A DNA stretch of 63,695 nucleotides, the filler included, from an uncultured bacterium (GTDB taxonomy: Bacteria; Auribacterota; CAZIXI01): the NCBI GenBank assembly GCA_964543115.1. It is 3 parts of 3 records of this genome, joined end to end, with 100 filler letters (N's around TTAATTAATTAA, not from the genome) between each part and the next. Parts side by side here need not be neighbours in the genome. Positions count along the whole stretch, not along the records: positions 21,722 to 43,226 come from CAZIXI010000028.1; positions 43,327 to 63,695 come from CAZIXI010000031.1; 1 more part is not named here. The stretch is one strand, 5' to 3'. Of the stretch, positions 38,401-49,382 are shown in pieces. How positions within the stretch are numbered: position 1 is the stretch's first letter; each line of letters begins with the position of its first letter. Below the pieces are notes generated by a model that did no database searches, had not been told where the DNA came from, and saw nothing but the letters and a program-made list of their open reading frames with translations. The translations under genes were made by a program, and so were the position numbers.

Positions 38401-41400
38401 GTTGTTCCGGCAGGGTTATAGGTAACAAATAACATAAAGTCCGGGTGCATCTTTATTTTTTGTTTTCCGAGTTCTACACCATTATGATATAAACCCAGTT
38501 CAATCTCTTCACCACGCACAATCTGCATCAGGAAACTTAATACCTGAATACTGTTACGGCTGATATTACCTTCATCAAGACAAAACGCGCCGCCATTCTC
38601 AACATAATCCAGGAATTCCGAAATAAACCTTTTATCCTCCTGCCGCCCGCAGGTAAGCCGGAACTTGTTCGGCGCTGTCTGCTCCATCTTACCCATATAA
38701 TCCCAGACCTCCACTTCCCGGTACATGGAGGATTTTTTGAATCTTAAGTTGCCCTCTTCATCCCGTACTCCAAGCCTGCTGGCGATATCTCCAGCGATAG
38801 CGGTTTTACCCACTCCCGGCGGCCCTTCCAAAAGAAAGAGCCTCCTCCCGTTATTAAGGCCGCTGACCTCTCTGCTGTATACCTGCCGCAACTCTTTAAT
38901 CGGCGCCAGATATTCATGACTTTCCGCTTCTGCTTTATCATGATGTAATGTCTGGTAGGTGGCTGAACCAACCCTTAAATCTCCGTTATCGGCAAATCCC
39001 ATTTGCGGATCAATTTCACTGGCTCCGGGCAGCCCACAGCCCAAAACCGCATACACTATTTCAGCCAGATCGCTGTCCAGAGTTTCCGCGTTTAACTTCA
39101 GCTGGGCGGCTAATTCAGCCAGATCCTTGCCGCTGAGCCGAATTCGCCTGTAAACTCCTTCATCAGCATATTTCTGCTGGGCAGCATATATTTCCTTAAC
39201 AACAGCCAAAATCTCCTCGATTTGTTTTAGCTCGCCGAGCTGTTCTCTTAAATACCGCTCCACCCACTCCCAGCTAACCCCTTCACCGGCCCGCACACTG
39301 ATAAACCGGGACAGTTCCGCCCCGCTCATGGGCAGTTTGTCATCTCTTACCGGCCGGTTAGCCGCATAACTAATCCCGGCAATACGCAAATTAGCGGGTA
39401 ATTCACCATAAAGCAGGTCCAGCAACTGATCTTCGTTACCCGGTTCGTAATCCTTTCCGTATCTCATTTCATATTTCCAGCGGGCATGTTCAAAAAGAAT
39501 GGGTTCAGCCAATAGCCGCTGGCGCAATATATCACGTAATTCTTCCGGAATGTTAATTACACCATCCTGAAATATCCGATTAAAACCAACGGCCGTATCC
39601 GCGTTAAGCTGATGAAAATTATCCAGGATCAATAACTGTTCCTGATCACCGGCCCGCGCGCATTGTTCGATTACCTTTAACAACCCGCCCGGATAAACCC
39701 CTACCCGGCCAGCTAAATCCACACCGCCGCCGCCAATAAACATCTCATAATCACAAAAATCATTCACATCCAGATAATAGCGGCCCCAACCCTTACCGGC
39801 AATCACACTGTCCAGTACTTCCAACCCGTCCGCGGTACTATCTGAATGAATTAATAAAGGTCCCATATTCTCCTTTAATACATCCTTGACTACTTGCGCC
39901 GGCTGATACTCGGCTGTTTCTACGCCATATTGCTCTAGAATATCTTTGGCCCGGTCGCGCACCTCGTCTTCTATCCACATTCCCCAGAACACATCCCGCG
40001 CCGCCTGCTGAAATCCCCGCTCAGTCTTATCCGCCGCCCGGAAAAGTTTTATTGCCCTGATAATATCCCGCATTGTCAATACCTGAAACCTGCTTGGAGT
40101 ATCGGTATAGAGTGATTGTTGCATAGCAAAATATATCCCGGCCAGCGTCTCGGCATGTTTAGCGTATTCCTCTCCGCAATACACTCGAAACAACCGGCGG
40201 ATCAACTGACTCAACTCTTCTTGCACATCCCGGATATACTCATCATCCGTGCTTTTATAATCGTAGCCCATCCAGTACATCCGCGCCCGGCTCCTTAACT
40301 GCGGCGGCAGATTCTGCCGGCCGCCGTAGTCCACGGGATTGATATCCGCGACAAAAACATTGTCCCGGGATATCTGCCGGCTGGGAAGACCTTCCCGGCC
40401 GGGAATTTCCGGCAGCAGATGCTGCCGGTCACCGCGGAATTCCGGACTGAGGAAATAGGCGATTGCCTGCCGCTGACAGGTATTCAGTTCACTGAAATTT
40501 ATGATCTTTCCGCCAAATTCCAAAGTGCGCAAAAACTCCGTTTCCTCTACCTTTTTAAATCCACCCATACCGTCACCAAAAATTCCACCGCGTAATTCTT
40601 CGATCCCGCTCTGTTTATGCATGGTATAGCTTAGATTCTCCCTGTCAAAAATCTCTCCCAAAATAAACATCAGCTGTGTTTTGCCCTCACCGCTGACCCC
40701 CTCCAGGATGGTAAACATACTTACCCCTTCCTCCGGCCCGGAAACTAACTGCCGGACAAACTGGCTCAATACCCGCATGTCCTGCCGGCGCAGCACATAA
40801 CCATAAAGCTCCAGTATGGCGGTAAAAAAATCCCCGTCAAATTCCGCCAGCTCTTCCGTAACCGGCACAATCACTCCGTCCGCGGTCAGCACACCGTCTT
40901 TTATCTCTATCCGGTTCCGTTTCCATTCCTCCAACACCGTGCCGTATGGCTCCCGCAAGGCCGCGGCAAACCCCCTTTCATCCTCACGATAACGGAACCG
41001 CGGGCTGAAATAACGGTAGGTCTCTTCCGCGATATACCCCGAACCTCTTTCCCGGGCATAAGTGACAATATTTACTAGGTCCTGCACCGTAAAAATAAGC
41101 GTGCCGTCTTTCCATTCCTTCTGCTTCAGCTCATGATACAAACCGGCCAGCTTACCCGCTTCCGTATCATCCAGAGCGTATTTATTCATCAGCAGGCTCT
41201 TTACATCGTCTTTTGCCAGAGCCGGCACCCGCACCTTGGTGTTGCGGTTACAAAAGGCCTCATCTTTCACTTTACCGCTTTCATCCATCGTGAAGATAAA
41301 ATGCAGATTCGGCGGAACAGTGTACTCCCGTCCCAGTTCCGGCACATTAAACCTTCCCTCCCACAATACGGGATTAAGATCAACCCGTAATCCTCCCTGC

Positions 41401-43226
41401 ACCGCCTCAATATTATCCAGTACCAGATAAAACTGCTTATCCGAATTGCGCTCCGCTTCCTCAATCAGCTGGGGAATCACTCCCGGGGATGGTTGCATTT
41501 TCCCTTTTTCCACATCCGGTCCGGCAAACAGCACCGACCGGTCAGTATAATGCGACAACGGAATTCGGTAAACAGTGGCGCCCGGCTCACTCTCCAGCTC
41601 CTCCAGTGACTCGTCAAAGGCCCGGTGACTGTCGGGGGAAAGAACACATAGGGCCGGGTGCCCCAACTCCGCCGCCCGGCGCAGGCCCCAATAACAGTTC
41701 CTGTAGGAACGCACCCCGTAAAGAAATCCCTCTTCTTCCTTGCGGCTTAAACTGGCATAGCGCAGATTATCTATCAGATGGTTTACATCAAGTTTGCTAG
41801 TCTCTTCATCTCCCAGGGACAAACGGACAAAAAGGCCGTAATTACTGTATATCTGTTGCGCGAGGATTTTCTGGAATTCAGCAAACTCTTCACCAAACAT
41901 ATCCCCCCAGACACTTAAGCTGCAAAGAATAAACTTCTGCAAAACACCGGCGGTCATTACCTGATCCCCTTGTTGCTCCAACTCCGCCAGGTACTCCCGG
42001 ACAAAATCCCGGTGCAATTCCACTAGTTGACGGAACCCGGAAAGCCAGAGCGGATCCCCAGGATGATTTTCCTCCGCGTATTCCCTAATTGCCCGCTCTA
42101 TTCCCAGACTTAGATCAATCAGGCTATCTTTATCACCGTCGGTAAGATAAAAGAATTCTTTATCGCCCTGAATAAAGCGCAGCAGGTAATGCACAATAGG
42201 ATTATCCTCAAGCCCCCGGTAGGGCACCGCCTCCATCACATTCCCGTAATCCCGTTTAAGCCGGTTAAGCAAAACACTCTTCTCGCGCGGATCCATCTCC
42301 CGCATCCGCTCAACACTCAGCGCCTGCAGATCAATTTCCTTAACACTTTTTTGAAATTCTGCCACGTCGAATTTATCCCCCAGAATCTGCTCAATTATCC
42401 AATCAGTATATGCCGTATCAAGAGGCTTTCTCAATGCAGGCTGTTCTTCAATTAAGGCCAACTTAGCGTTCTCCCGCCATATATTCCCCGCCACTGATCT
42501 TGCATTTAAAGACCCCGACCCGAGAAATCTTACAAATACACGGCCATCTTCTCTTTTCTTCATAATAAACATTCCCTTCTCGGGATGCTGATCGGCATCT
42601 TCACGCGCCAACTCCGCTGCCGGCCAGCAACCGCAGGCCAACTCCAACGGAAACCAGAGTCCCCGGCTTTTCATCATCTCCAGATAAACACGCTGTTCCA
42701 GCTTGGCCTCCAGATTAGCAGCCGACAGGTCATCTCTCATCTCAATAAAACTGTTTAGGCAATCGATGTATTTCTCGGCAGATTGAAGCCGCAGATCCAT
42801 TTCTTCTATTCCTTTAATAACCGTTGAAAAGGGAAACTGGAAGCTTCTATCTTTAATCCTTGCTATAAATCTAATCAAAGCCTTAGACAACTTTTCCGCC
42901 TCTATGCTCGACTGAGTAACTGTCCCCACTTTTTTCATAACCTCGATAATAAAATGCTGCACTTCAAAGACATTCCCCTTGTTGACCAGGCCAGTTTCTA
43001 CAAATTGACCGAGGAGAACAATGCCCTGTTCTTTAACAGTAGTTTTAAGAAATAAATCTCTGATCCCATAATCTCCGCCAATGACTGCCATAAATAAACC
43101 ACTTATCTCTAGCAAATTATCCTTGCTTACCACTTTATTTCTGGCCAGTGCTAACAGTATCTCATAAGCAGTTGCTGAGCGAAGGTGGGCAACATTTGTC
43201 AACGCCAGCAAAAATTCCTTATCTAA
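26402..43226 (-). CDS. Giant midasin-like protein (>5600 aa, 5' truncated): 6 tandem AAA+ modules, HExxH, acidic tract, vWA/MIDAS, CPBP protease, HEAT repeats; ORF track splits it into 26402-37102 and 37122-43211
   Basis: Both frames are open up to the 19-N gap at 37190-37208; upstream frame is open to the contig end; Walker A GVSGEGKT, GPPGVGKT, GPTGGAKS; DVSGS and TDG; EEILYR/AH/HIVAN. Confidence 0.85.
33150..33530 (-). other. CPBP (CAAX protease/Abi) intramembrane glutamic endopeptidase-like domain
   Basis: GPILEEILYR (EExxxR), WGFITAH, VVHIVAN (HxxxN) in hydrophobic helices. Confidence 0.7.
33690..34240 (-). other. von Willebrand factor A domain with intact MIDAS
   Basis: MDITVDVSGS (DxSxS), GINT, EIVFTDGDE, IVFVGVG. 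Confidence 0.85.
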
Positions 43227-43326
43227 NNNNNNNNNNNNNNNNNNNNNNNNNNNNNNNNNNNNNNNNNNNNTTAATTAATTAANNNNNNNNNNNNNNNNNN
43301 NNNNNNNNNNNNNNNNNNNNNNNNNN
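43227..43326. other. Artificial contig spacer (44 N + TTAATTAATTAA + 44 N)
   Basis: Linker at 43271-43282 inside an exact 100-nt block. Confidence 0.97.
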
Positions 43327-43327
43327 C

Positions 43328-44605
43328 ATTAAAGAAGGCCTGCCCAAAAGCACCATAAAGATCAGCACAACAATAACCAAACAATCATTTCTGGAAAACA
43401 TTGCCGTACTCACTAAAGACGCCCAGATCGATAAGCGATTCGACGCTAAAACCAGCATTGTCGGGGAACAAATCCGCAGCGCAATGTCTATCCCCATCAG
43501 CACAGTTGAAGATACCTTCGGCCTTATTTATCTTGACACAAAAACAGCTAGCTCCGCGTTTAATGAGGACACCTTGCGGTTAATTACCGCCGTCGCCAAC
43601 CAGGTAGCTATTGCCATCGAGAACATCCGCTTCCATGATAAAATGGCCAACAAGGCCGCGACCATGCATAAGGAACTCAAGGAAGTTTATAACATGGTCG
43701 GCATCAGTAAGGAGATAAGAGAGGTCTTTCACACCATCAGCAAGGTGGCGCCGATTGACAGCACAGTATTAATTACCGGTGAGAGCGGCACCGGCAAGGA
43801 ACTCGTTGCCCGCGCTATTCACTATAACAGTAAACGGTCCGATAAACCTTTCATCTGCGTTAACTGCACAACGCTGCCGGAAACATTAATTGAAAGCGAA
43901 CTATTTGGGCATGAAAAAGGTGCCTTTACCGGCGCCCATGCCGCTAAACCGGGACAGTTTGAACTTGGCAACGGCGGCACTGTCTTTCTGGATGAAATCG
44001 GGGAAATGCCCTTAGCCAGCCAGAGTAAACTGCTCCGGGTATTGGAAGAAAACAAAATCCGCCGGGTGGGCGGCACCAAAGATATCCCGGTCAATGTCCG
44101 GGTAATCGCCGCTACGAACAGGGAAATGGAAGAGGCGCTTAAAAAAGGACTGATCCGGGAAGACCTTTTTTACCGGCTCAAGGTTATCAGCATTACCCTG
44201 CCCCAGCTCAAGCAGCGTAAAGACGATATCCCTTTACTGGCCCAGTATTACCTGGACAAATTCAAGGCCAAAGCAACTCACTTTATTAAGGGATTCACTC
44301 CGGAAGCGCTGACACTAATGGGAAAATTCTCCTGGCCGGGCAATGTCCGGGAACTGAAAAACTGCATTGAACGGGCCGTAGTGATGGGCAAACGGGACGT
44401 AATCGGCGCCAAGGACCTGGACCTGATCCCGCAAGATACAGCGGCCGGAGAAGGCGGCCCGATCCCCACACTAGCCGAAGTGGAAAAGAACCATATCCAC
44501 AAAGTATTAAATATCTGCCAGGGCAACAAAACACGGACAGCGGAAATATTAGGGATCAGGCGTTCGACGCTTTACGAAAAGTTAAAATTATACGAATTAG
44601 AATAA
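43328..44605 (+). CDS. Sigma54-dependent transcriptional activator (GAF-AAA+-HTH), 5' truncated
   Basis: GAF segment, [31 protein letters not shown]-like Walker B (VFLDEIG), WPGNVREL, Fis-type HTH; frame open to the gap. Confidence 0.95.
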   Translation: MKEGLPKSTIKISTTITKQSFLENIAVLTKDAQIDKRFDAKTSIVGEQIRSAMSIPISTVEDTFGLIYLDTKTASSAFNEDTLRLITAVANQVAIAIENIRFHDKMANKAATMHKELKEVYNMVGISKEIREVFHTISKVAPIDSTVLITGESGTGKELVARAIHYNSKRSDKPFICVNCTTLPETLIESELFGHEKGAFTGAHAAKPGQFELGNGGTVFLDEIGEMPLASQSKLLRVLEENKIRRVGGTKDIPVNVRVIAATNREMEEALKKGLIREDLFYRLKVISITLPQLKQRKDDIPLLAQYYLDKFKAKATHFIKGFTPEALTLMGKFSWPGNVRELKNCIERAVVMGKRDVIGAKDLDLIPQDTAAGEGGPIPTLAEVEKNHIHKVLNICQGNKTRTAEILGIRRSTLYEKLKLYELE

Positions 44606-44636
44606 AATACTCCGCAGCTCATCAGGAGACCCACCG

Positions 44637-45704
44637 TTAAAAAAGCGGGTTTAAATAATTTTTAATTGTTATTTCAATCTTTTCCGGCAGAAAATCTCCG
44701 AGACGTTTTTTCTGAACATCAACAATCTTTCTTTTAACCTTCTCTTCTCTTAAGATAACATCCATTAATTCCGCGATCCGGGGATAATCTTTTTCGTCAA
44801 CCAATACACCGCTGCCCCCCAGAGTGTAAGGGACAGCCGCGGCATTATAGGCCACAATCGGCACACCAAAATACATACTTTCCACCAGCGGAATACCGAA
44901 TCCTTCATGCTCACTCATACATAAAAACAAATCAGCGATCCTGTAATAAGCCACTAATTGCGGCAGGGTAACATGCCCCGTGAAAACAACATCCCGCAAA
45001 CCGAGCTCCAGCGCCAGCGCCCGCAAATAGGCACAATACTTTTCCATCCCCACATAAGAACCGACAAGGAACAACCTCGACTGTGGATTAACAGCCTTTT
45101 TATAATAATAGAATACCTTAATTATATCTTCAATTTTTTTATTCGGCACCAGCCGGCTGACAAAAATGATATTGGTCCAGTTGTCCCGGTATTTACTAAC
45201 AATCGCCCGCTGGGGCTTCTGGGCCAGGCCGGTAAAATCCAAGAGCGGCGGGACAACACCGGTACTCCGATAACCCCAAGCGGCCAGTTCCTGCCGGTTA
45301 TATTCTGAATCGGCCACCGCCGCCTGCGGCACCCCGCTTAACTCCTGCAGTTCCTGGCGTCCCTGGAAAAGCACCAGGGCCTTTTCTTCATTAATACCGC
45401 GAAAATATTTATCCGGAGTAATATTATGGTAAACAAGGAATTTTTTATCAGGAATGGATTTAAAGGCGTTACTTAGAGGGGAACCGATGGAAAAATGATA
45501 AATAACAATATTACTGCTGTTACTGTAATCACTGTAATTTTCCCAGGGCTGACACAAATTACGCACCTTGGGGCTGACATGACGGAAAGGAGAGAGGATC
45601 TCCGATTTATACCCCCAGCCCCTGATTATCTTCTGCAGGCCCAGGGCATAATTACTAATCGCGTCCCCGCTAGTAAACCCCGGCAGCCATTGATGAATTT
45701 CCAT
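44637..45704 (-). CDS. Glycosyltransferase family 4
   Basis: SEHEGFGIPLVESM; likely start MEIHQW at 45704 with AAGGA RBS, since the longer ORF start (45764) lies inside a repeat. Confidence 0.9.
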   Translation of the reverse strand: MEIHQWLPGFTSGDAISNYALGLQKIIRGWGYKSEILSPFRHVSPKVRNLCQPWENYSDYSNSSNIVIYHFSIGSPLSNAFKSIPDKKFLVYHNITPDKYFRGINEEKALVLFQGRQELQELSGVPQAAVADSEYNRQELAAWGYRSTGVVPPLLDFTGLAQKPQRAIVSKYRDNWTNIIFVSRLVPNKKIEDIIKVFYYYKKAVNPQSRLFLVGSYVGMEKYCAYLRALALELGLRDVVFTGHVTLPQLVAYYRIADLFLCMSEHEGFGIPLVESMYFGVPIVAYNAAAVPYTLGGSGVLVDEKDYPRIAELMDVILREEKVKRKIVDVQKKRLGDFLPEKIEITIKNYLNPLF

Positions 45705-45710
45705 TTTTAT

Positions 45711-45808
45711 TCCTTGATGTAGGAGGTCAGACCTCCTACATAGCGAGATTCTTCTCTTCGACATGTATCATATCTTTATGTAGGAGGTCTGACCTCCTAC
45801 ATCAAGGA
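45711..45808. repeat. REP doublet (REPIN-like): 31-bp perfect inverted repeats, each an internal GTAG-type palindrome
   Basis: tccttgatgtaggaggtcagacctcctacat (45711-45741) and its exact reverse complement (45778-45808). Confidence 0.88.
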
Positions 45809-46978
45809 GAATTTGTTTAGGCTGTTTTTGAATCTTTCCACCACCACCGGCCAGCTGTATTCCCGCTCAACATAACTTCGTCCGTTCTCACCCATAGCGC
45901 CGGCCACCTCAGGCTGAGCGAGTAAATAATCGATACATTCCTGAAACTCCGGGTAACTGCCGAAATACAGCCCGCCATTACTGCGGCGGCAATGATCCGC
46001 GGTTACCGCGCAGCCGCTATTAACCAGAACCGGCCGGCCGGCAAGCCAGGATTCCATCATCACAATAGATAAACTTTCATTAACCGAAGGCTGACAAAAG
46101 GCCATTGCCGCCGCGTAGGCCCCGGCCTTATGTTCCCGCGAAACATAGCCTAAATCGAAGATGTTATCTTTATCCTCATTAGATAAATTTACCGGCCCGC
46201 TGCCCAAAAGCACCAACTTTAATTTATTTTTATTATTATTTGCTTTATAAATACGGAAATATTTCAGTAATAAATCTATATTTTTACCCCCCTCACGCCT
46301 GCCCGCGAAAAGGATAAAAGGATCCTGAATGCCAAAGTTTTCTCTAAATCCCCGCGGATCATATTTTTCCTCTGCCTCAAAACCAAGGCTCACCCGGGAA
46401 ATCTTCTCCTCCGGCAACTCGTAAAGATTCCTGGCAAATTCAATCTCCGGATACGTACTAAACATAACGCCCTGAACCTGATTAAACATTTCTTTAAATA
46501 TCTTCAGATAGGCAAACGGCTCGTCATGGAGACAGGGGATTAATAAACATTTCTCCGGACAGGCCTGAATCCCCCAATAGGCTGTCCCAAATAAATAGGG
46601 CATGGGAATAAACCAGTCATAGCGGTTTTTCTGTTTAATAATATATCTTTCCAGGGCCTGGCTGCGGATACCGTCCTCAAACCACCTGTGTTCCTCTTTC
46701 GCGCTCAGGGGAAAACGATGATCGATCTTTCGCTGAATCCGCAGGAATCTCGGGGTCACCCGGTTGGCGTCAACAAGAAAACGCCGGACAGTCACTCCGT
46801 TAACCAGCTGATTTCCCGGTTCATAATAATTTTTCCAGCTAAAGTGATCCCGGGCACAGGTTGAGAGAATCTCCACCTGATAATGACCGACCAGTCTTTC
46901 CGCCAGCTGTTTACAATGCACTTCGGCGCCGCCAGCCAGCTGGGGTTCAAATCTAGGGACAATAAAGGCTATTTTCAT
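45797..46978 (-). CDS. Glycosyltransferase family 4
   Basis: GGAEVH N-terminal motif, FAGRREGGKN, PSVNESLSIVMMESW. Confidence 0.9.
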   Translation of the reverse strand: MKIAFIVPRFEPQLAGGAEVHCKQLAERLVGHYQVEILSTCARDHFSWKNYYEPGNQLVNGVTVRRFLVDANRVTPRFLRIQRKIDHRFPLSAKEEHRWFEDGIRSQALERYIIKQKNRYDWFIPMPYLFGTAYWGIQACPEKCLLIPCLHDEPFAYLKIFKEMFNQVQGVMFSTYPEIEFARNLYELPEEKISRVSLGFEAEEKYDPRGFRENFGIQDPFILFAGRREGGKNIDLLLKYFRIYKANNNKNKLKLVLLGSGPVNLSNEDKDNIFDLGYVSREHKAGAYAAAMAFCQPSVNESLSIVMMESWLAGRPVLVNSGCAVTADHCRRSNGGLYFGSYPEFQECIDYLLAQPEVAGAMGENGRSYVEREYSWPVVVERFKNSLNKFSLM

Positions 46979-47415
46979 ATTTTCTTTTCTAATTCTGCCA
47001 CTCTGTCGCTTAACACCTTAACCTGCTCGTCGAGCTTCTTGTTAATACTCATTAAGGTATTAACCAATTGAAAATTATATTCCTTCTGTTGGGAAAACAG
47101 CCGGTAGGTATAGAATCTAAGAATAATCCAGACAAAACGCTTAAACTTGGCGACCGGTTTGCCGAAAATACCGCCCTTGGAGGGAATCTGAAAATCACCG
47201 ATATCGATATCACAGGTATGCTGAATTAATTCCAGATAATAATCAAGGAAATCCTGCTCGTTCTGTAATTGGGCAATATCCTTCACCGCCACGTCTTCCA
47301 GATTATATTTACCATAGACACCCGCCGCCTGCTTCTCTTCAACCTGCTCTTTTATCTGTCGCATAATCTTTTCTACATCAATATCTCTGGCAGAAACACG
47401 AAAATCTTCTCCCAT
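46975..47415 (-). CDS. Hypothetical protein associated with O-antigen ABC export
   Basis: IDVEKIMRQIKEQV N-terminus, C-terminal coiled coil, AGGAGG RBS, overlaps GT start. Confidence 0.75.
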   Translation of the reverse strand: MGEDFRVSARDIDVEKIMRQIKEQVEEKQAAGVYGKYNLEDVAVKDIAQLQNEQDFLDYYLELIQHTCDIDIGDFQIPSKGGIFGKPVAKFKRFVWIILRFYTYRLFSQQKEYNFQLVNTLMSINKKLDEQVKVLSDRVAELEKKI

Positions 47416-47429
47416 TTCAAACCTCCTGT

Positions 47430-48611
47430 TTATTTCTGCATACTCCAGCGGCAGGGAATATTAAGAAAGCCGTCCGCCTTGCGGTCCGGCTCTACCCAGA
47501 AAACATACCAGTTTTCCTGCCGATGAAACTGTGTTTTATGATCCGCTGAATGAACAGCCAGGGACAAGTAATATTTCCCCTGTAACAGCGTTAAAGGAGC
47601 AAGTTCAATACTGATTACTCCCTTTCCTTCCAGGGCGCCGACAGGATATTTCTCAATCAGGGTATTGGTCCCATAACAGAGCCGACCTTCCCCATCGGTA
47701 ATAGAAAAACCAAAAGCGGCATTATCAATCAGTTTTTTTGCCTGATAATGTATCTTCACCATCAGCGGATAACCGGAAAGAAACCGTTCCTTTTCTTTCC
47801 CTTCCCGTTCACAAAGAACAACCTTCTCTATTTCAATATCCCGGCTGCCCCATTCTTTAACCACCAGTTCTCCCTTACGGTAAAGCCCCAGCCGCAGGTA
47901 CTCTTCCACAACAACACCGGGATCACCGAAATCGATAATCTTACCCTCATCGAGCAGAACAATCCGATCGGAGATATTCTTAATCGTCTCCAGATCATGG
48001 GAAACGACCAGCATCGTTTTGCGGCGCTTTTGAAACTCTTCTATCTTCCGCAGGCATTTGCGCCTGAACATCGCGTCTCCCACTGCCAGCACTTCATCTA
48101 CAAGCAAAATATCCGGATCAACCTCAACGGCGATAGCGAATCCCAGACGGACATACATCCCGCTGGAATAGTGTTTTACCGGCGTATCAATAAAGGCTTC
48201 CAATTCCGCAAAATCTACTATCTGCTGAAACCGCTGCTCAATTTGCCTTTTACTCAAACCCATAATCGCGCCGTTTAAATAGACATTTTCCCTGCCGGAA
48301 AGATCAGGGTGGAATCCGGCCCCTAATTCTAACAGAGAAGAAAGGCGGCCATGAGTCTCTATTTTCCCCTCTGTCGGCGTTAATGTACCGGTAATTAACC
48401 CCAGCAAAGTACTTTTCCCCGCGCCATTGGGCCCGATAATCCCCAGCGTCTCCCCGTCCTTAACGGAAAAATTAACTCCCCGCAGGGCCCAAAAATCTTT
48501 TTTGGAGTGACGTCCGCGGATAAGATCCAGCATACTGGACTTAAGGGTCCGGTCCTTGGGACCTTGAATATTAAATCGCTTCCCGACATTCTCCAATAAT
48601 ATCCTATTCAT
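47430..48611 (-). CDS. wzt: O-antigen/polysaccharide ABC exporter ATP-binding subunit with Wzt C-terminal domain
   Basis: GPNGAGKST, YSSGMYVRLGFA, LLVDEVLAVGD, C-terminal carbohydrate-binding domain. Confidence 0.93.
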   Translation of the reverse strand: MNRILLENVGKRFNIQGPKDRTLKSSMLDLIRGRHSKKDFWALRGVNFSVKDGETLGIIGPNGAGKSTLLGLITGTLTPTEGKIETHGRLSSLLELGAGFHPDLSGRENVYLNGAIMGLSKRQIEQRFQQIVDFAELEAFIDTPVKHYSSGMYVRLGFAIAVEVDPDILLVDEVLAVGDAMFRRKCLRKIEEFQKRRKTMLVVSHDLETIKNISDRIVLLDEGKIIDFGDPGVVVEEYLRLGLYRKGELVVKEWGSRDIEIEKVVLCEREGKEKERFLSGYPLMVKIHYQAKKLIDNAAFGFSITDGEGRLCYGTNTLIEKYPVGALEGKGVISIELAPLTLLQGKYYLSLAVHSADHKTQFHRQENWYVFWVEPDRKADGFLNIPCRWSMQK

Positions 48612-48617
48612 AGTTTT

Positions 48618-49382
48618 TTACATCTCATCAGCAAAATATTTCTGGTAGCGCGCGAAAACCAGCCAGCCGAGAACAAAAACCAGAACAATGACCACAAAGG
48701 CCAGATAAAACGAAGGCACCTGAGGCAGCGGTTTACCCAAGAGCACATGACGGTAAGCGGTCACCAGCGCGGCCATCGGATTAAGGAAATAAAGCCCGAT
48801 AAACTGTTCCGGTATTTTGCTCAACGGATAGATAATCGGCGTCATGAAAAACCAGGCCATCAGTGTCACACCGACTAGATGTTCGGTGTCCCGGAAAAAC
48901 ACATTTGAACAACTGACCAGCAGGGCCATACCCAGACAAAAAATACATTGAAAAAACAAGATAACAGGGAACCAGCAGAGCGGTATCCCCAAAGGCACCT
49001 TAAAGAACAAAAGCAAAATCAGCAGCACACTTGTCGAGAGTAAAAAATTAATCACATTGGCGGCAACCATGGCCAGCGGCAGGATAAACCGGGGGAAATA
49101 TATTTTTTTCACCAGATTTGTGCTGCCGGTAATGATGTGCACACTATCATTGGTACACATTATAAAAAACTGCCAAACGATTATTCCGGTTAGTAATACC
49201 GGCAACTCAATCGAAAAACGCATCAATCTGATAAAGACAAGATATACCAGCATCATCAATAAAGGGTCCAGCAGACTCCAGAAAAAGCCCAGCACGGAAC
49301 CCTTATAGCGTATCTTCAGGTTCCTCACCACCAGGCTCCTCAACAGTTCGCGCCGTTCGTATATTTCCCGTAATACTTTCAT
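48618..49382 (-). CDS. wzm: O-antigen/polysaccharide ABC exporter permease
   Basis: RYKGSVLGFFWSLLDPL, LVKKIYFPR, FFMTPIIYP, NPMA. Confidence 0.93.
   Translation of the reverse strand: MKVLREIYERRELLRSLVVRNLKIRYKGSVLGFFWSLLDPLLMMLVYLVFIRLMRFSIELPVLLTGIIVWQFFIMCTNDSVHIITGSTNLVKKIYFPRFILPLAMVAANVINFLLSTSVLLILLLFFKVPLGIPLCWFPVILFFQCIFCLGMALLVSCSNVFFRDTEHLVGVTLMAWFFMTPIIYPLSKIPEQFIGLYFLNPMAALVTAYRHVLLGKPLPQVPSFYLAFVVIVLVFVLGWLVFARYQKYFADEM

Noticed and set aside
45705..45764. Longer N-terminus (MSKRRISLCRRSDLLHQG) of the GT4 gene
   Set aside because: It translates the REP element; a better ATG with an RBS lies at 45704.
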